DNA from: Gloeobacterales cyanobacterium | GTDB lineage: Bacteria; Cyanobacteriota; Cyanobacteriia; Gloeobacterales; PMM-0068 | Reading direction: 5' to 3' | Assembly (NCBI GenBank): GCA_038245785.1 | Contig: JBBRSB010000030.1 | Span: 386-64,385 of the forward strand | Length of the DNA stretch: 64,000 nucleotides | In this document: piece after piece, positions 10,177 through 19,336 of the stretch | Layout of the letters: every line of letters starts with the position of its first letter | Numbering within the stretch: the first letter of the stretch is position 1 | Notes under the pieces: generated by a model | Told to the model about the DNA's origin: nothing | The model's input: the letters and a program-made list of their open reading frames with translations, nothing else | Database searches by the model: none | Made by a program: the position numbers and the translations under genes

Positions 10177-11466
10177 CTAGCGTGAATTAACCAAGCGAAT
10201 GCCGCTAAATTGCCAGCGGGTAGAAGGAGGAAAGAAGTTGCGATAGGTTGGGCGGATGTGATTCTGGGATGTGACACAGGACCCGCCCCGTAGCACCATC
10301 TGGCTACACATGAACTTCCCATTATATTCCCCGACCGCACCAGAAGCTATCTGAAAGCCCGGATAGGGCAAATAGGCACTCTGCGTCCACTCCCACACAT
10401 CTCCAAATAGTTGGTCTGGTCGGGTGAGGCCCATGGCCGAAACCGGATGGAGTTGTCCATGCTCCAGGAAATTCCCCTGCATCGAGACCTGAGAAGCAGC
10501 TACTTCCCACTCAGCCTCGGTGGGGAGCCGCTTATCAGCCCAGCGGGCAAAAGCATCGGCTTCATAGAAACTCACATGACAGACAGGTTCATCTTCATTC
10601 AGCGGACGTAGCCCACCTAAGGTCATCACCCACCAGGCATCGTCGAGTTGTTCCCAATACAGCGGAGCCTGCCATTGCTCCGATTGCACCGTTGCCCAGC
10701 CCTCCGATAACCAATATTCCGGCTTGTGATAACCGCCTGCCTGAATAAATTCTAGATAAGCTCCATTAGTCACCAATCGGGAAGCTAGCCAAAAGTCTTG
10801 CAGATAGACCTGGTGACGAGGAGCCTCATTATCAAAGGCAAAATCTTTGTTCTCAGGGACATTTTCATGTCCAATGGCATACAGTCCGCCGGGATAGTCC
10901 AGCCATTTTTCTTTTGGCGCGACTGCTTTAGTGGTTATCAGCGGAATATCCGAGCGATAGGCAGGACGCAACGGATTCAAGGCAAGGATGTGCTTGATAT
11001 CGGTGAGTAGCAATTCCTGATGTTGCTGCTCATGATGTAACCCCAAGACAATCAGGGATTCTAAGGCTGGGTCATCAAGTGGCTGGCTTAAGAGCGCGTG
11101 CATCGCCTGATCCACATAGGCTCGATAGCGATAGACTTCTTCCACGGTCGGACGCGACAACAAGCCCCGTTGCGCACGGGGATGGCGCTGTCCGATGGAC
11201 TCGTAGTAGGAGTTGAACAAATAGCCAAATTTGGGATGAAAGACTTCGTAGCTCGGTATATTTGGGACTAGAAGCAAGGTCTCAAAGAACCAAGTTGTAT
11301 GGGCCAAATGCCACTTAGGAGGGCTGACATCCGGCATGCTCTGAATTCCATAGTCTTCCGTCAGTAGAGGTTGGCAGATCTGTTCACTGACTTGACGGAC
11401 CTGTTGATAGCGTTCTGCCAAAGACAGTCTGGTAGTCGGTTGAGCTGTAAAGCTAGGACGGAGCAT
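10177..11466 (-). CDS. egtB: ergothioneine biosynthesis sulfoxide synthase EgtB
   Basis: 429 aa with an N-terminal DinB-like domain (LGLHHEQQHQELLLTDIKH) and a C-terminal FGE-sulfatase domain (GDVWEWTQSAYLPYPGF, RGGS). Confidence 0.85.
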   Translation of the reverse strand: MLRPSFTAQPTTRLSLAERYQQVRQVSEQICQPLLTEDYGIQSMPDVSPPKWHLAHTTWFFETLLLVPNIPSYEVFHPKFGYLFNSYYESIGQRHPRAQRGLLSRPTVEEVYRYRAYVDQAMHALLSQPLDDPALESLIVLGLHHEQQHQELLLTDIKHILALNPLRPAYRSDIPLITTKAVAPKEKWLDYPGGLYAIGHENVPENKDFAFDNEAPRHQVYLQDFWLASRLVTNGAYLEFIQAGGYHKPEYWLSEGWATVQSEQWQAPLYWEQLDDAWWVMTLGGLRPLNEDEPVCHVSFYEADAFARWADKRLPTEAEWEVAASQVSMQGNFLEHGQLHPVSAMGLTRPDQLFGDVWEWTQSAYLPYPGFQIASGAVGEYNGKFMCSQMVLRGGSCVTSQNHIRPTYRNFFPPSTRWQFSGIRLVNSR

Positions 11467-11671
11467 CAGAAATCCTCAGAGACAATTATTCTATTCGTCA
11501 CTTTCCCACCTTATCCCTTTCCGCGAAATACCCCATCTGCCATGCGATGGGGAGTGTCAACCCATTAGAACTGCTCTGTCGATACCAAGGGGCTTGTCCC
11601 CGTATAGTGCAACAAAGCTTTGACAGAGCCCACATAGGCTTGCGCTAAGTAGCTAGATGGAATTAAGAAGA

Positions 11672-11723
11672 CCCCCTACAGTCCCCCACCCTCCGGGAAG
11701 GCTCCGCCTAGTGGTAAGGGGGA
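11672..11723 (+). repeat. GC-rich repeat family 2, copy A
   Basis: CCCCCTACAGTCCCCCACCCTCCGGGAAGGCTCCGCCTAGTGGTAAGGGGGA is similar to 47740..47791, sharing the core CCCCCACCCT..CGGGAAGGCTCCGCCTA. This copy is intergenic. Confidence 0.85.
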
Positions 11724-11933
11724 CGGCGATAGCCGGGGGTTAAGCCCACCCACTTAGCTCTAGTAATAATCTAGGAGCTCCGCCTGGATCAGAAATGATG
11801 GAGAGCTGAAGGAGCAATTAGAAGATCCTGATAATTCACTGAGAAAGCAGGCAGCACTAGTCAAAAAAATAGAGACTCAAACGCAATGAGCCTCTTTAAA
11901 AAAATACTTAATAACCAAACCCGTAATCAGCTC

Positions 11934-12683
11934 TTACTTTTTAGCTGCAGGATTCGGACCCAAAGAGCGAGCATACTGTAGAGATTCAGCGGATGGGACA
12001 ATCGCAATTCGGTCTGCTTCTTTTGCGTCCTTAGTTTGCCGCAACAGCTCAAAAAGCTTTTGGAACGGCAGTACAGAAATCTTCGTATTTTTAGCAAGTT
12101 CAGGATTTTTTTGCTTTAGGCTATCAAAAGTCCTTTGTGCATCCTGATTGTCAAAGAAAAAAGGTTGGACTGTTTGACCATTTTGCTTCACACCGAGTAC
12201 ATTTTTTTCACTTTTATCAGTGAGCGCAAAGACAGGAACTCCAGGATAGGATTTGAGACCTTTCTCCTTTTCTTGAGCCAGCTTCAAGGCATAATCCAAA
12301 GAATCCTTCGCAGGCAAAATCTCAATAGCGAGCTTGTTCTTTTTATTTTCATTGCCAAATTCTATCGCTTTGCCAAGCGGTAAGGCCTTGGCATTGAGGG
12401 ATTTTGCTAATTCAGGATTGGATTTCTGAAGAACTTTTTGGAAATCCATGAGTTCCTGTTTACTGAGAAAAAAGTAAGCAATTTGGGAAGCAGAGGTTTT
12501 TGCGCCCTTGGGAGGTGCTACGAGGACAGGACTACTCTTCTCATTGAGCAGGGTGAAAACAGGGATGTTATCCATCTTTCGAAGCACCACTTTCTCCTCC
12601 AAAGCATGGGCTGGCTGATTGGATAGATTGAGCGCTAGACCAAAGGTGGTAGCTAGCAAGAAGAGAGCTATTTGATGACGCAC
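11934..12683 (-). CDS. Tic22-like periplasmic protein
   Basis: 249 aa with a signal peptide (ALNLSNQPAHA) and two repeated halves carrying the IPVFTL / VPVFAL and QPFFF motifs typical of cyanobacterial Tic22 homologues. Confidence 0.5.
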   Translation of the reverse strand: MRHQIALFLLATTFGLALNLSNQPAHALEEKVVLRKMDNIPVFTLLNEKSSPVLVAPPKGAKTSASQIAYFFLSKQELMDFQKVLQKSNPELAKSLNAKALPLGKAIEFGNENKKNKLAIEILPAKDSLDYALKLAQEKEKGLKSYPGVPVFALTDKSEKNVLGVKQNGQTVQPFFFDNQDAQRTFDSLKQKNPELAKNTKISVLPFQKLFELLRQTKDAKEADRIAIVPSAESLQYARSLGPNPAAKK

Positions 12684-12762
12684 GAAAAAAATCCTCTAAG
12701 AAGTAGACAAGAAACATCACATTTAATTAAAACTACCCCAACGGCGACCCAGATGAGGTCAC

Positions 12763-13533
12763 TCAAGGCCGAATGGTAAAAATCCCCTTCATCTGCATTA
12801 AGCCTTTGCGAATATCCAACGATTTAACCTGAGTATCTTGTCCCAAATCAATCTTCAGACTTTGGAGCACCTCGGTAGGAAGCAACTGACCGCTAGATTT
12901 GAGCTCTGGATTGTTCAATTTCAGCGTGTTCGCGTTCAAGAGGTCTATGCCCGTTGTGATTTGTACTGGCAGTGCGGCTCCTTTCTCAGGCTGTAGATTG
13001 GCCGCTACCTGGACCCGTCCCTGATCCAGCAGACTGATTTGAGGTTGATTTAGGACGAGGGGTACGGTGGTAGCTGCAGCTCCCCCAAAACTGGGCATGG
13101 AAAGCCTCTGATTGGCAAACTGCTTTTGAAATTGGGGAGAAGTCAAATAGCGATTTAGATCCGGTTCTGCCATCGTAATCGCGAGGTCTGCCTGAACGGG
13201 GCTTTTCAGTTTAACGCTACCTCCTTTAAATGCCTGAGACAAATCTAGGTGCACCGACCGACCAACCAGATTGACTGAGCGAGCCTGAACCCCTTGATAG
13301 ACAACATTGTCTGCGGTGATATCAATTTGGGGAATTAGTCCACTGAGCAGCTGCTGGTCTGTCCCCTGGAGCTTTATATCCAAATTGTCCGCCTGACTCA
13401 CCTGTTGCCTCACCCATGTTTTGAGTAGGGGTGTAATCAAAGTGCCTACCCATTGAGCGTTAGCAGAGGTGGAAAGAGTGGACCAGAGCATGGATAGCAA
13501 GATAGTTAATGTCCAAACAGGAATTTTACGCAT
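12763..13533 (-). CDS. DUF2993/LmeA-like secreted protein
   Basis: Start placed at ATG 13533 (MRKIPVWTLTILLSMLWSTLSTSANA signal peptide). The repetitive beta-rich body resembles DUF2993. This is a weak by-eye call. Confidence 0.4.
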   Translation of the reverse strand: MRKIPVWTLTILLSMLWSTLSTSANAQWVGTLITPLLKTWVRQQVSQADNLDIKLQGTDQQLLSGLIPQIDITADNVVYQGVQARSVNLVGRSVHLDLSQAFKGGSVKLKSPVQADLAITMAEPDLNRYLTSPQFQKQFANQRLSMPSFGGAAATTVPLVLNQPQISLLDQGRVQVAANLQPEKGAALPVQITTGIDLLNANTLKLNNPELKSSGQLLPTEVLQSLKIDLGQDTQVKSLDIRKGLMQMKGIFTIRP

Positions 13534-13625
13534 GACGAAGGAAAACCGGTGAGAACCGATGAGATAAGAACGCAAGTAGCATTGACGCTAGAGTAATACT
13601 GCACGTTCCATTTACTTTCTGTTAT

Positions 13626-14447
13626 ATGAAGAATAAACTCAAAAATTCTCTAGTGCGGCAAACCCTGCTCGGACTAGGGTTTAGCACGGTCTGTTTGGCC
13701 ATGCAAACACCTTTATTAGCCCAAACCCCAACAGAGAATACAACGACACCTCCTGTCAGTCCGCCCACGGTCTCTCCTGCTGATAGTCTGTTCCAAGATG
13801 CGGTCAAAGCCCAAGACCCTGCCCGCCAGGCTCGCCTGTACCGCGACTATCTCAAACTCAAGCCCGATGATGCTATTGCCCTCAACAATTTAGGGATTGC
13901 CCTCAAAAAGCAGGGAGACTATGAAGCCGCTGTTGATAGCTATCGTAAAGCAATCCAAAGCATGCCGCCGGGAGATAATCCCCGCACCGCAAAAATCTAT
14001 AACAATCTTGGCGAAGCGCTGCGTCTACAAAATAAAGTGCCAGAAGCGCTAGAAGCCTTTAATAAGGCTTTAGAATTGGACCCAAAGTTAGGCTTTGCGT
14101 ACAATAATGTCGGCAAAATATACTTCACGCAGAATCGTCTAGAAGATGCGATTGTCTCTTTTCAGAAAGCCGTAGCGATTAACCCAAAAGAAGCTGAACC
14201 TCAAGGTAATTTGGCGGGTGCTCTGATTGCTGCCAAGCGTTACCAAGAGGCTATACAGGCAGCAGGTCAAGGAGCCCGGCTAGACCCCAAAGACCCGATC
14301 ACTCGCTACAACCTGGGACTAGCTTTGATGAAGCAATCAGAAATTGAGCTCAAAAATGCAAAGAACCTCTTTGATGAAAAAGGCGACCAGAAAAATAGCG
14401 CTCGGGTCAATAAACTCTTGAAAAACTTTCTGCTCGAACCAAAGTAA
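13626..14447 (+). CDS. secreted TPR-repeat protein
   Basis: Signal peptide followed by repeated A-x-x-x-Y-x-x-A-L/I-x-x-x-P units (ALNNLGIALKKQGDYEAAVDSYRKAIQ, FAYNNVGKIYF...). Confidence 0.75.
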   Translation: MKNKLKNSLVRQTLLGLGFSTVCLAMQTPLLAQTPTENTTTPPVSPPTVSPADSLFQDAVKAQDPARQARLYRDYLKLKPDDAIALNNLGIALKKQGDYEAAVDSYRKAIQSMPPGDNPRTAKIYNNLGEALRLQNKVPEALEAFNKALELDPKLGFAYNNVGKIYFTQNRLEDAIVSFQKAVAINPKEAEPQGNLAGALIAAKRYQEAIQAAGQGARLDPKDPITRYNLGLALMKQSEIELKNAKNLFDEKGDQKNSARVNKLLKNFLLEPK

Positions 14448-14451
14448 CTAA

Positions 14452-15435
14452 ATGACTCCTATGGACACCTACCATCTGCTCGTTCCGTCAGACCCTTCGG
14501 AACAAAGATTAGACCGATGGTTAGCAGCCCAACTGCCCGACTTGTCTCGCTCTCGTTTGCAAAAACTGATTGAACAAGGGCAAATTTTGCTCAATCAGAA
14601 TCCCTGTGTATCCAAAAGTCTGATCAAATCTGGGGATGAGGTGGTAGTTCAAATTCCTGCTCCCGTGGCTTTGGATCTTTCTCCGAGCACGGGTGAATCG
14701 GCCGTCTTAGATATCCTCTATGAAGACGACCAGTTGATTGTGATCAATAAACCCGCAGGTATGGTTGTCCATCCTGCTCCGGGACATAGCAGCGGGACTT
14801 TGGTTCATGCACTCCTCGCTCACTGTTCTGATTTATCAGGAATTAATGGCGTAGAGCGTCCCGGCATTGTTCACCGATTGGATAAAGATACCAGTGGCGT
14901 TCTGGTTGTTGCCAAAACCGATTTGGCCCATCAAAGTCTACAGGCCCAGATCCAAGCTAAAACGGCTCAACGAGAGTATCTAGGCATTGTCTGGGGAGCA
15001 CCAAAAACGCCCTCAGGCGTTGTCGATGCCCCGATTGGTCGCCACCCGATTCATCGCAAAAAAATGGCGGTAGTCGAAAATGGCCGTCCTGCCCGTACTC
15101 ATTGGCAAGTGCTGGAACGCATCGGCAACTACAGCTTGCTCGGATTTCGTCTGGAAACGGGACGCACGCACCAAATCCGGGTCCATAGTTTTCATATGGG
15201 CCACCCAGTCTTGGCTGACCCCCTCTATGGTCATGGGAAAATACCCAAGGTTAACCTCCAAGGCCAGGTACTGCACGCCTATCGCTTGCAATTTATCCAT
15301 CCCGTTACCCAAGAAAAAATAAACTGTACCGCTCCGCTGCCCGACAATTGGCTCAAGCTCTTACGATACTTAAGGAATCAGGCTACGATTCTGGACCATC
15401 GAGCGGCTCATCCAATAGTCCTGGAATGGGATTGA
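14452..15435 (+). CDS. rluD: RluA-family 23S rRNA pseudouridine synthase (RluD-like)
   Basis: N-terminal S4-like domain (RLDRWLAAQL), catalytic HRLDKDTSGVLVVAK and the GRTHQIRVH motif. Confidence 0.85.
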   Translation: MTPMDTYHLLVPSDPSEQRLDRWLAAQLPDLSRSRLQKLIEQGQILLNQNPCVSKSLIKSGDEVVVQIPAPVALDLSPSTGESAVLDILYEDDQLIVINKPAGMVVHPAPGHSSGTLVHALLAHCSDLSGINGVERPGIVHRLDKDTSGVLVVAKTDLAHQSLQAQIQAKTAQREYLGIVWGAPKTPSGVVDAPIGRHPIHRKKMAVVENGRPARTHWQVLERIGNYSLLGFRLETGRTHQIRVHSFHMGHPVLADPLYGHGKIPKVNLQGQVLHAYRLQFIHPVTQEKINCTAPLPDNWLKLLRYLRNQATILDHRAAHPIVLEWD

Positions 15436-15928
15436 TTTCCAGTCGTTTATGCTCCAGGTCAACTACAGGGACTAAAGCCTGGACAAATGGAACCATCAGC
15501 TGTTTGTTGGGCGTTTGAATCACCAGAATGTCGTTGCCAAAGGTATTCATATCCACCACGGGCCCAAGGACCGCACCTGTATCCTGACGATAAGCGATCA
15601 GACCAATCAGGTCCATGACATGAAATTCACCGCTCTCTAGTACAGGCCGCTCTTCGCTGGAGACCACGAGCTGCCAACCGCGCAAAGCTTCTGCTGCATC
15701 CAGATCTTCAATGCCCTTCAGTTGGACCAGATACTGTTTTTTACTGGCGTGATAGCGGCCCGATAGGAGATAGACATCCCGCTGTTGCCCATCCGGTCCT
15801 TGCAGTATGCGCGGGCCTGATTCCGTCAAGCGTTCTGGAAAATCCGTTTCTGGTAGAACTTTCAACTCACCTTTGAGGCCGTGGCTACCCACTACCGTCC
15901 CCACTAACCACCAAGTTCCTTCTGTCAT
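15383..15928 (-). CDS. rimM: ribosome maturation factor RimM
   Basis: VGTVVGSHGLKGELKV (RimM N-domain) with a C-terminal PRC barrel. Start placed at ATG 15928 rather than the upstream TTG 15955. Confidence 0.85.
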   Translation of the reverse strand: MTEGTWWLVGTVVGSHGLKGELKVLPETDFPERLTESGPRILQGPDGQQRDVYLLSGRYHASKKQYLVQLKGIEDLDAAEALRGWQLVVSSEERPVLESGEFHVMDLIGLIAYRQDTGAVLGPVVDMNTFGNDILVIQTPNKQLMVPFVQALVPVVDLEHKRLEINPIPGLLDEPLDGPES

Positions 15929-16047
15929 ATCAAAAGCAGCCCAAGCATAAAGCAATCACAAAGGTATTTGAGAATAGCAGAGCAGACGGCTAAGATCTGG
16001 GTGCTGTTCTAGACAAAATATACCAGCAAGCCTCCTATAGCCTTTCA

Positions 16048-16563
16048 TTGATATTTCAAGAGGAAGAGGAATCCGTGATTTTAGAGAGCGAATATTGCCC
16101 AATGTGTCGCTTTGGACAGCTAGCCACTATGTCTTTAATGGACACTTTATCCTGTGTTCAATGCAATCACATCTTCACCGTAGATGCTAGTCAGCAGACC
16201 GTGACCGTAGTCGATAGTGCTAAACCCTTAACGTGGCATTGGAGTGGTCGCACCTGGCGCGGAGTTCATGCTAAGGGTACGGAATTAGGACAGGCAGATT
16301 GTTTAGCGGGAATAGCGCTCATTCTATTCCCAGCAATCATCGTTGGACTCCTGGCCTATTGTTTTCCAGCCCCACCCAATACTCCCTGGGCATGGTTTCC
16401 TCTCTTTTGGACGGGTCTGACGTTCCTCTTGCATCTCCTATTAGTAAGTAGCATTTTTCTTAACTATTATCAGTTTCCTCTTGCTATTTATCTGAAAGCG
16501 CTAGGACGTTATCTTTTGAGACAAGAGGGCTACAGAGGAAGCATGAATCGTGGACATGGATAA
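16048..16563 (+). CDS. hypothetical membrane protein with N-terminal zinc-ribbon-like CxxC..CxxC
   Basis: 171-aa ORF with CPMCRFG...CVQCNH followed by two or three TM segments. The start is uncertain (TTG). Confidence 0.4.
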   Translation: MIFQEEEESVILESEYCPMCRFGQLATMSLMDTLSCVQCNHIFTVDASQQTVTVVDSAKPLTWHWSGRTWRGVHAKGTELGQADCLAGIALILFPAIIVGLLAYCFPAPPNTPWAWFPLFWTGLTFLLHLLLVSSIFLNYYQFPLAIYLKALGRYLLRQEGYRGSMNRGHG

Positions 16564-17056
16564 TCAACGAACCATACTGTTAAACCTAGGGCCTAACAGT
16601 CAAGTATCGGTGCAGGAAATTCTAGAAGCGATTCAATCCCTAGAAAAGCAGAAAGTAACAGGCAAAAATCAAGAAGCTCTAGCAGGAGCATGGAGCTTAC
16701 TGTGGACCAGTGGCACTAAAAAATATCAAGCATCTAACAAGGATTTGCTCAAACCAATATCTTCTACGACCTCTGTTATTCAACGCTTCGATACAGGTCG
16801 AAGCTGGATAGAAAATGAAGTTCGCCTTCCCTATTTCTGTTTAACGGTAGAAGGGCCATTTCTCTATAGTGCAGAGAAAAAGATTCAATTTACGTTCCAG
16901 CAATTGCGATTAAAACTGGGATTCTTACCTGAAATTAAAATTCCTTTTGGTAACTGGGCTTCTGGCTGGTTGAGAACAACGTATTTAGACAAAGAACTCC
17001 ACATTGAGCGAGGCGACCGGGGTGGAGTTTCTGTTTATCGAAAAGTCATTTCTTAA
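16550..17056 (+). CDS. PAP/fibrillin-like protein
   Basis: 168 aa. LAGAWSLLWTSGTK resembles the fibrillin G-x-W-x-L-x-Y-T-S signature. The gene overlaps the previous one by 14 nt. Confidence 0.4.
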   Translation: MDMDNQRTILLNLGPNSQVSVQEILEAIQSLEKQKVTGKNQEALAGAWSLLWTSGTKKYQASNKDLLKPISSTTSVIQRFDTGRSWIENEVRLPYFCLTVEGPFLYSAEKKIQFTFQQLRLKLGFLPEIKIPFGNWASGWLRTTYLDKELHIERGDRGGVSVYRKVIS

Positions 17057-17084
17057 TCAAAAATCCTTCCCCTATTTCTAAAAC

Positions 17085-19298
17085 ATGGATTTATTCGATC
17101 AACACCGTTTGCAACAGATTGAATCGGAAGCCCCTCTAGCAGCCCGGATGCGTCCCCGCACCTTGGATGAGTTTGTCGGGCAAGATTTGATTGTCGGGCC
17201 AGGACGACTATTGCGCAGAGCGATTCAGGCAGACCAGCTTTCTTCCCTTATTTTCTATGGCCCACCGGGAACGGGAAAGACTACTCTGGCAAGGATTATT
17301 GCCAATACGACCCGCGCTCATTTCATCCCGATTAATGCGGTCTTGGCGGGGGTGAAAGAGATTCGGGCCGCCATCGAAGTGGCCCAGGAAAAACGTGGAC
17401 TTCATAGCCAGCGCACGATTCTCTTTGTCGATGAAGTGCATCGCTTTAACAAAGCCCAGCAGGATGCGCTGCTACCTTGGGTCGAGAATGGAACGATTAT
17501 CCTGATTGGGGCAACAACCGAAAATCCTTATTTTGAAGTCAACAAAGCCCTGGTCAGTCGTTCGCGACTCTTCCAGCTCAAGCCTCTAAATGAAAAAGAC
17601 CTACGCCAGGCAGCCGAACAAGCGCTCAAAGATCCAGTCCGAGGCTATGGCAAACGCAAGGTCCAAGTGGAACCGGAAGCGCTTGACCATCTCGTGAATA
17701 TAGCCAATGGGGATGCCCGCGCCCTGCTCAATGCCCTGGAACTAGCCGTCGAAACCACGCTACCCGATGCTTCCGGAAACCTCGTCATAACCCTCTCCGT
17801 TGCCGAAGAATCGATCCAACAACGAGCCGTTCTCTACGACAAAGAAGGTGATGCTCACTTCGATACGATCAGCGCTTTTATCAAGAGTGTGCGTGGTTCT
17901 GACCCCGATGCTGCCCTCTATTGGCTGGCCCGCATGGTCTATGCCGGAGAAGATCCACGTTTTATCTTTCGCCGCCTGCTGATATTAGCCAGTGAAGATG
18001 TGGGCCTCGCCGATCCAAATGCGGTGGTCGTCGTTAATGCTTGCGCCGGGACCTTTGAACGGGTTGGCATGCCCGAAGGACGCTATCCCCTAGCCCAAGC
18101 GACCCTCTATCTAGCTACAGCCCCTAAGTCGAACAGTGTGATGGCCTTTTTCGATGCTTTGTCCACGGTCGAGCGCGAACGGGAGGGCGAAGTGCCCAAT
18201 CCTCTCAAAGATTCCAGTCGGGACAAAGAAGGATTTGGTCACGGAGCCGGATATCTCTATCCTCATGCCTATCGGGACCACTGGGTAGCTCAGCAATATT
18301 TACCGAAAAGTTTGCAGGGGCAGGTGTTTTATCAACCTTCTGACCAAGGGTTTGAAGCAGCAATTCGGACTCAGGTTGCTCGTCATCGAGAGGCACAGCT
18401 GGCTGCTTTGGTTAATCGGACTGAATTACCAGAAGTGCTCACGTTTGGTCCACAGGACAAAGGCTACGACCGCTGGGTACAACGCACCCTCGGCCAGGTC
18501 GGCCAACAGTTGGGTGTATTGCGGGACCGACTGTTTACCTTGGCCCAACTGCAACGACATCAAGTAGTCCTAGACCTGAATGCTGAAAGTGGATTACTGA
18601 CCTGGGAGGCTTTGCGTCAGGTTCCAGAAGGTGGAGTCTATGCCTGTGCCCATAACCCAGCGGATGCGGAGGCTTTACGGGAACAAGCAGCCTCTCTGCC
18701 TGAATTGGTGCGTCCGATTATCTTGGCAGCCGAGTTAACAAAATTATCCACGGTGCTTACACAGCAAGCTCCCGGCGTCCAGTTTGACTGCATCCTCGGA
18801 CGCAATGCTCTGCTCCATGAAGAGGATAAGGCCAGCATCCTCCAATCCCTGATTCCATACTTAAATTCCCAAGGATTGTTTATCTTGGCAGAAACAATTC
18901 CACGTCATGCTCAACGACTGTATCGCCTGCTAGAACCCACAGGATTAGATAAGAAACTGTACAAACGCTGGATGGAGGCTGAAGAATCCATCTACACCCA
19001 AGCCACAGACCCGATGGTGAATTGGGATGAGCAAGACTTCGTCGCTCTGTTTGAAGCGGCTGGTTTAACCGTCGAGATGCATCAGGAAGAAACCCAAACA
19101 GAAATTCGGATCACGCCTGCACTTTTAGACCGCTGGTTTAATCAACAAGATAAAAACCATCGTCTCACCTATGCCAATCACCTTGCGTCTTCTCTCTCCG
19201 CGAAAGAAGTGGCGACTTTACGAGATTTATTCACACAGCAGCTCCGCAATCAAATTGTTCCTTGGAAGAGCACAACGGCGATTATCAAGGCTTATTGA
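17085..19298 (+). CDS. RarA/MgsA-type AAA+ ATPase fused to a C-terminal methyltransferase-fold domain
   Basis: Walker [10 protein letters not shown], Walker [12 protein letters not shown] and the MgsA C-domain (YDxxGDAHFDxISAFIKSxRGSD) are present. These are followed by ~290 aa with a Rossmann-like [10 protein letters not shown]...[10 protein letters not shown] segment. Confidence 0.8.
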   Translation: MDLFDQHRLQQIESEAPLAARMRPRTLDEFVGQDLIVGPGRLLRRAIQADQLSSLIFYGPPGTGKTTLARIIANTTRAHFIPINAVLAGVKEIRAAIEVAQEKRGLHSQRTILFVDEVHRFNKAQQDALLPWVENGTIILIGATTENPYFEVNKALVSRSRLFQLKPLNEKDLRQAAEQALKDPVRGYGKRKVQVEPEALDHLVNIANGDARALLNALELAVETTLPDASGNLVITLSVAEESIQQRAVLYDKEGDAHFDTISAFIKSVRGSDPDAALYWLARMVYAGEDPRFIFRRLLILASEDVGLADPNAVVVVNACAGTFERVGMPEGRYPLAQATLYLATAPKSNSVMAFFDALSTVEREREGEVPNPLKDSSRDKEGFGHGAGYLYPHAYRDHWVAQQYLPKSLQGQVFYQPSDQGFEAAIRTQVARHREAQLAALVNRTELPEVLTFGPQDKGYDRWVQRTLGQVGQQLGVLRDRLFTLAQLQRHQVVLDLNAESGLLTWEALRQVPEGGVYACAHNPADAEALREQAASLPELVRPIILAAELTKLSTVLTQQAPGVQFDCILGRNALLHEEDKASILQSLIPYLNSQGLFILAETIPRHAQRLYRLLEPTGLDKKLYKRWMEAEESIYTQATDPMVNWDEQDFVALFEAAGLTVEMHQEETQTEIRITPALLDRWFNQQDKNHRLTYANHLASSLSAKEVATLRDLFTQQLRNQIVPWKSTTAIIKAY

Positions 19299-19328
19299 TC
19301 CCCCCGCTCCCCCCTTGATAAGGGGGGC
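19297..19328. repeat. GC-rich hairpin repeat family 3 (CCCCCCTTGATAAGGGGGG)
   Basis: GATCCCCCCGCTCCCCCCTTGATAAGGGGGGC lies between convergent genes. An inverted relative is at 29519..29548. Confidence 0.8.
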
Positions 19329-19336
19329 AAGACTAT

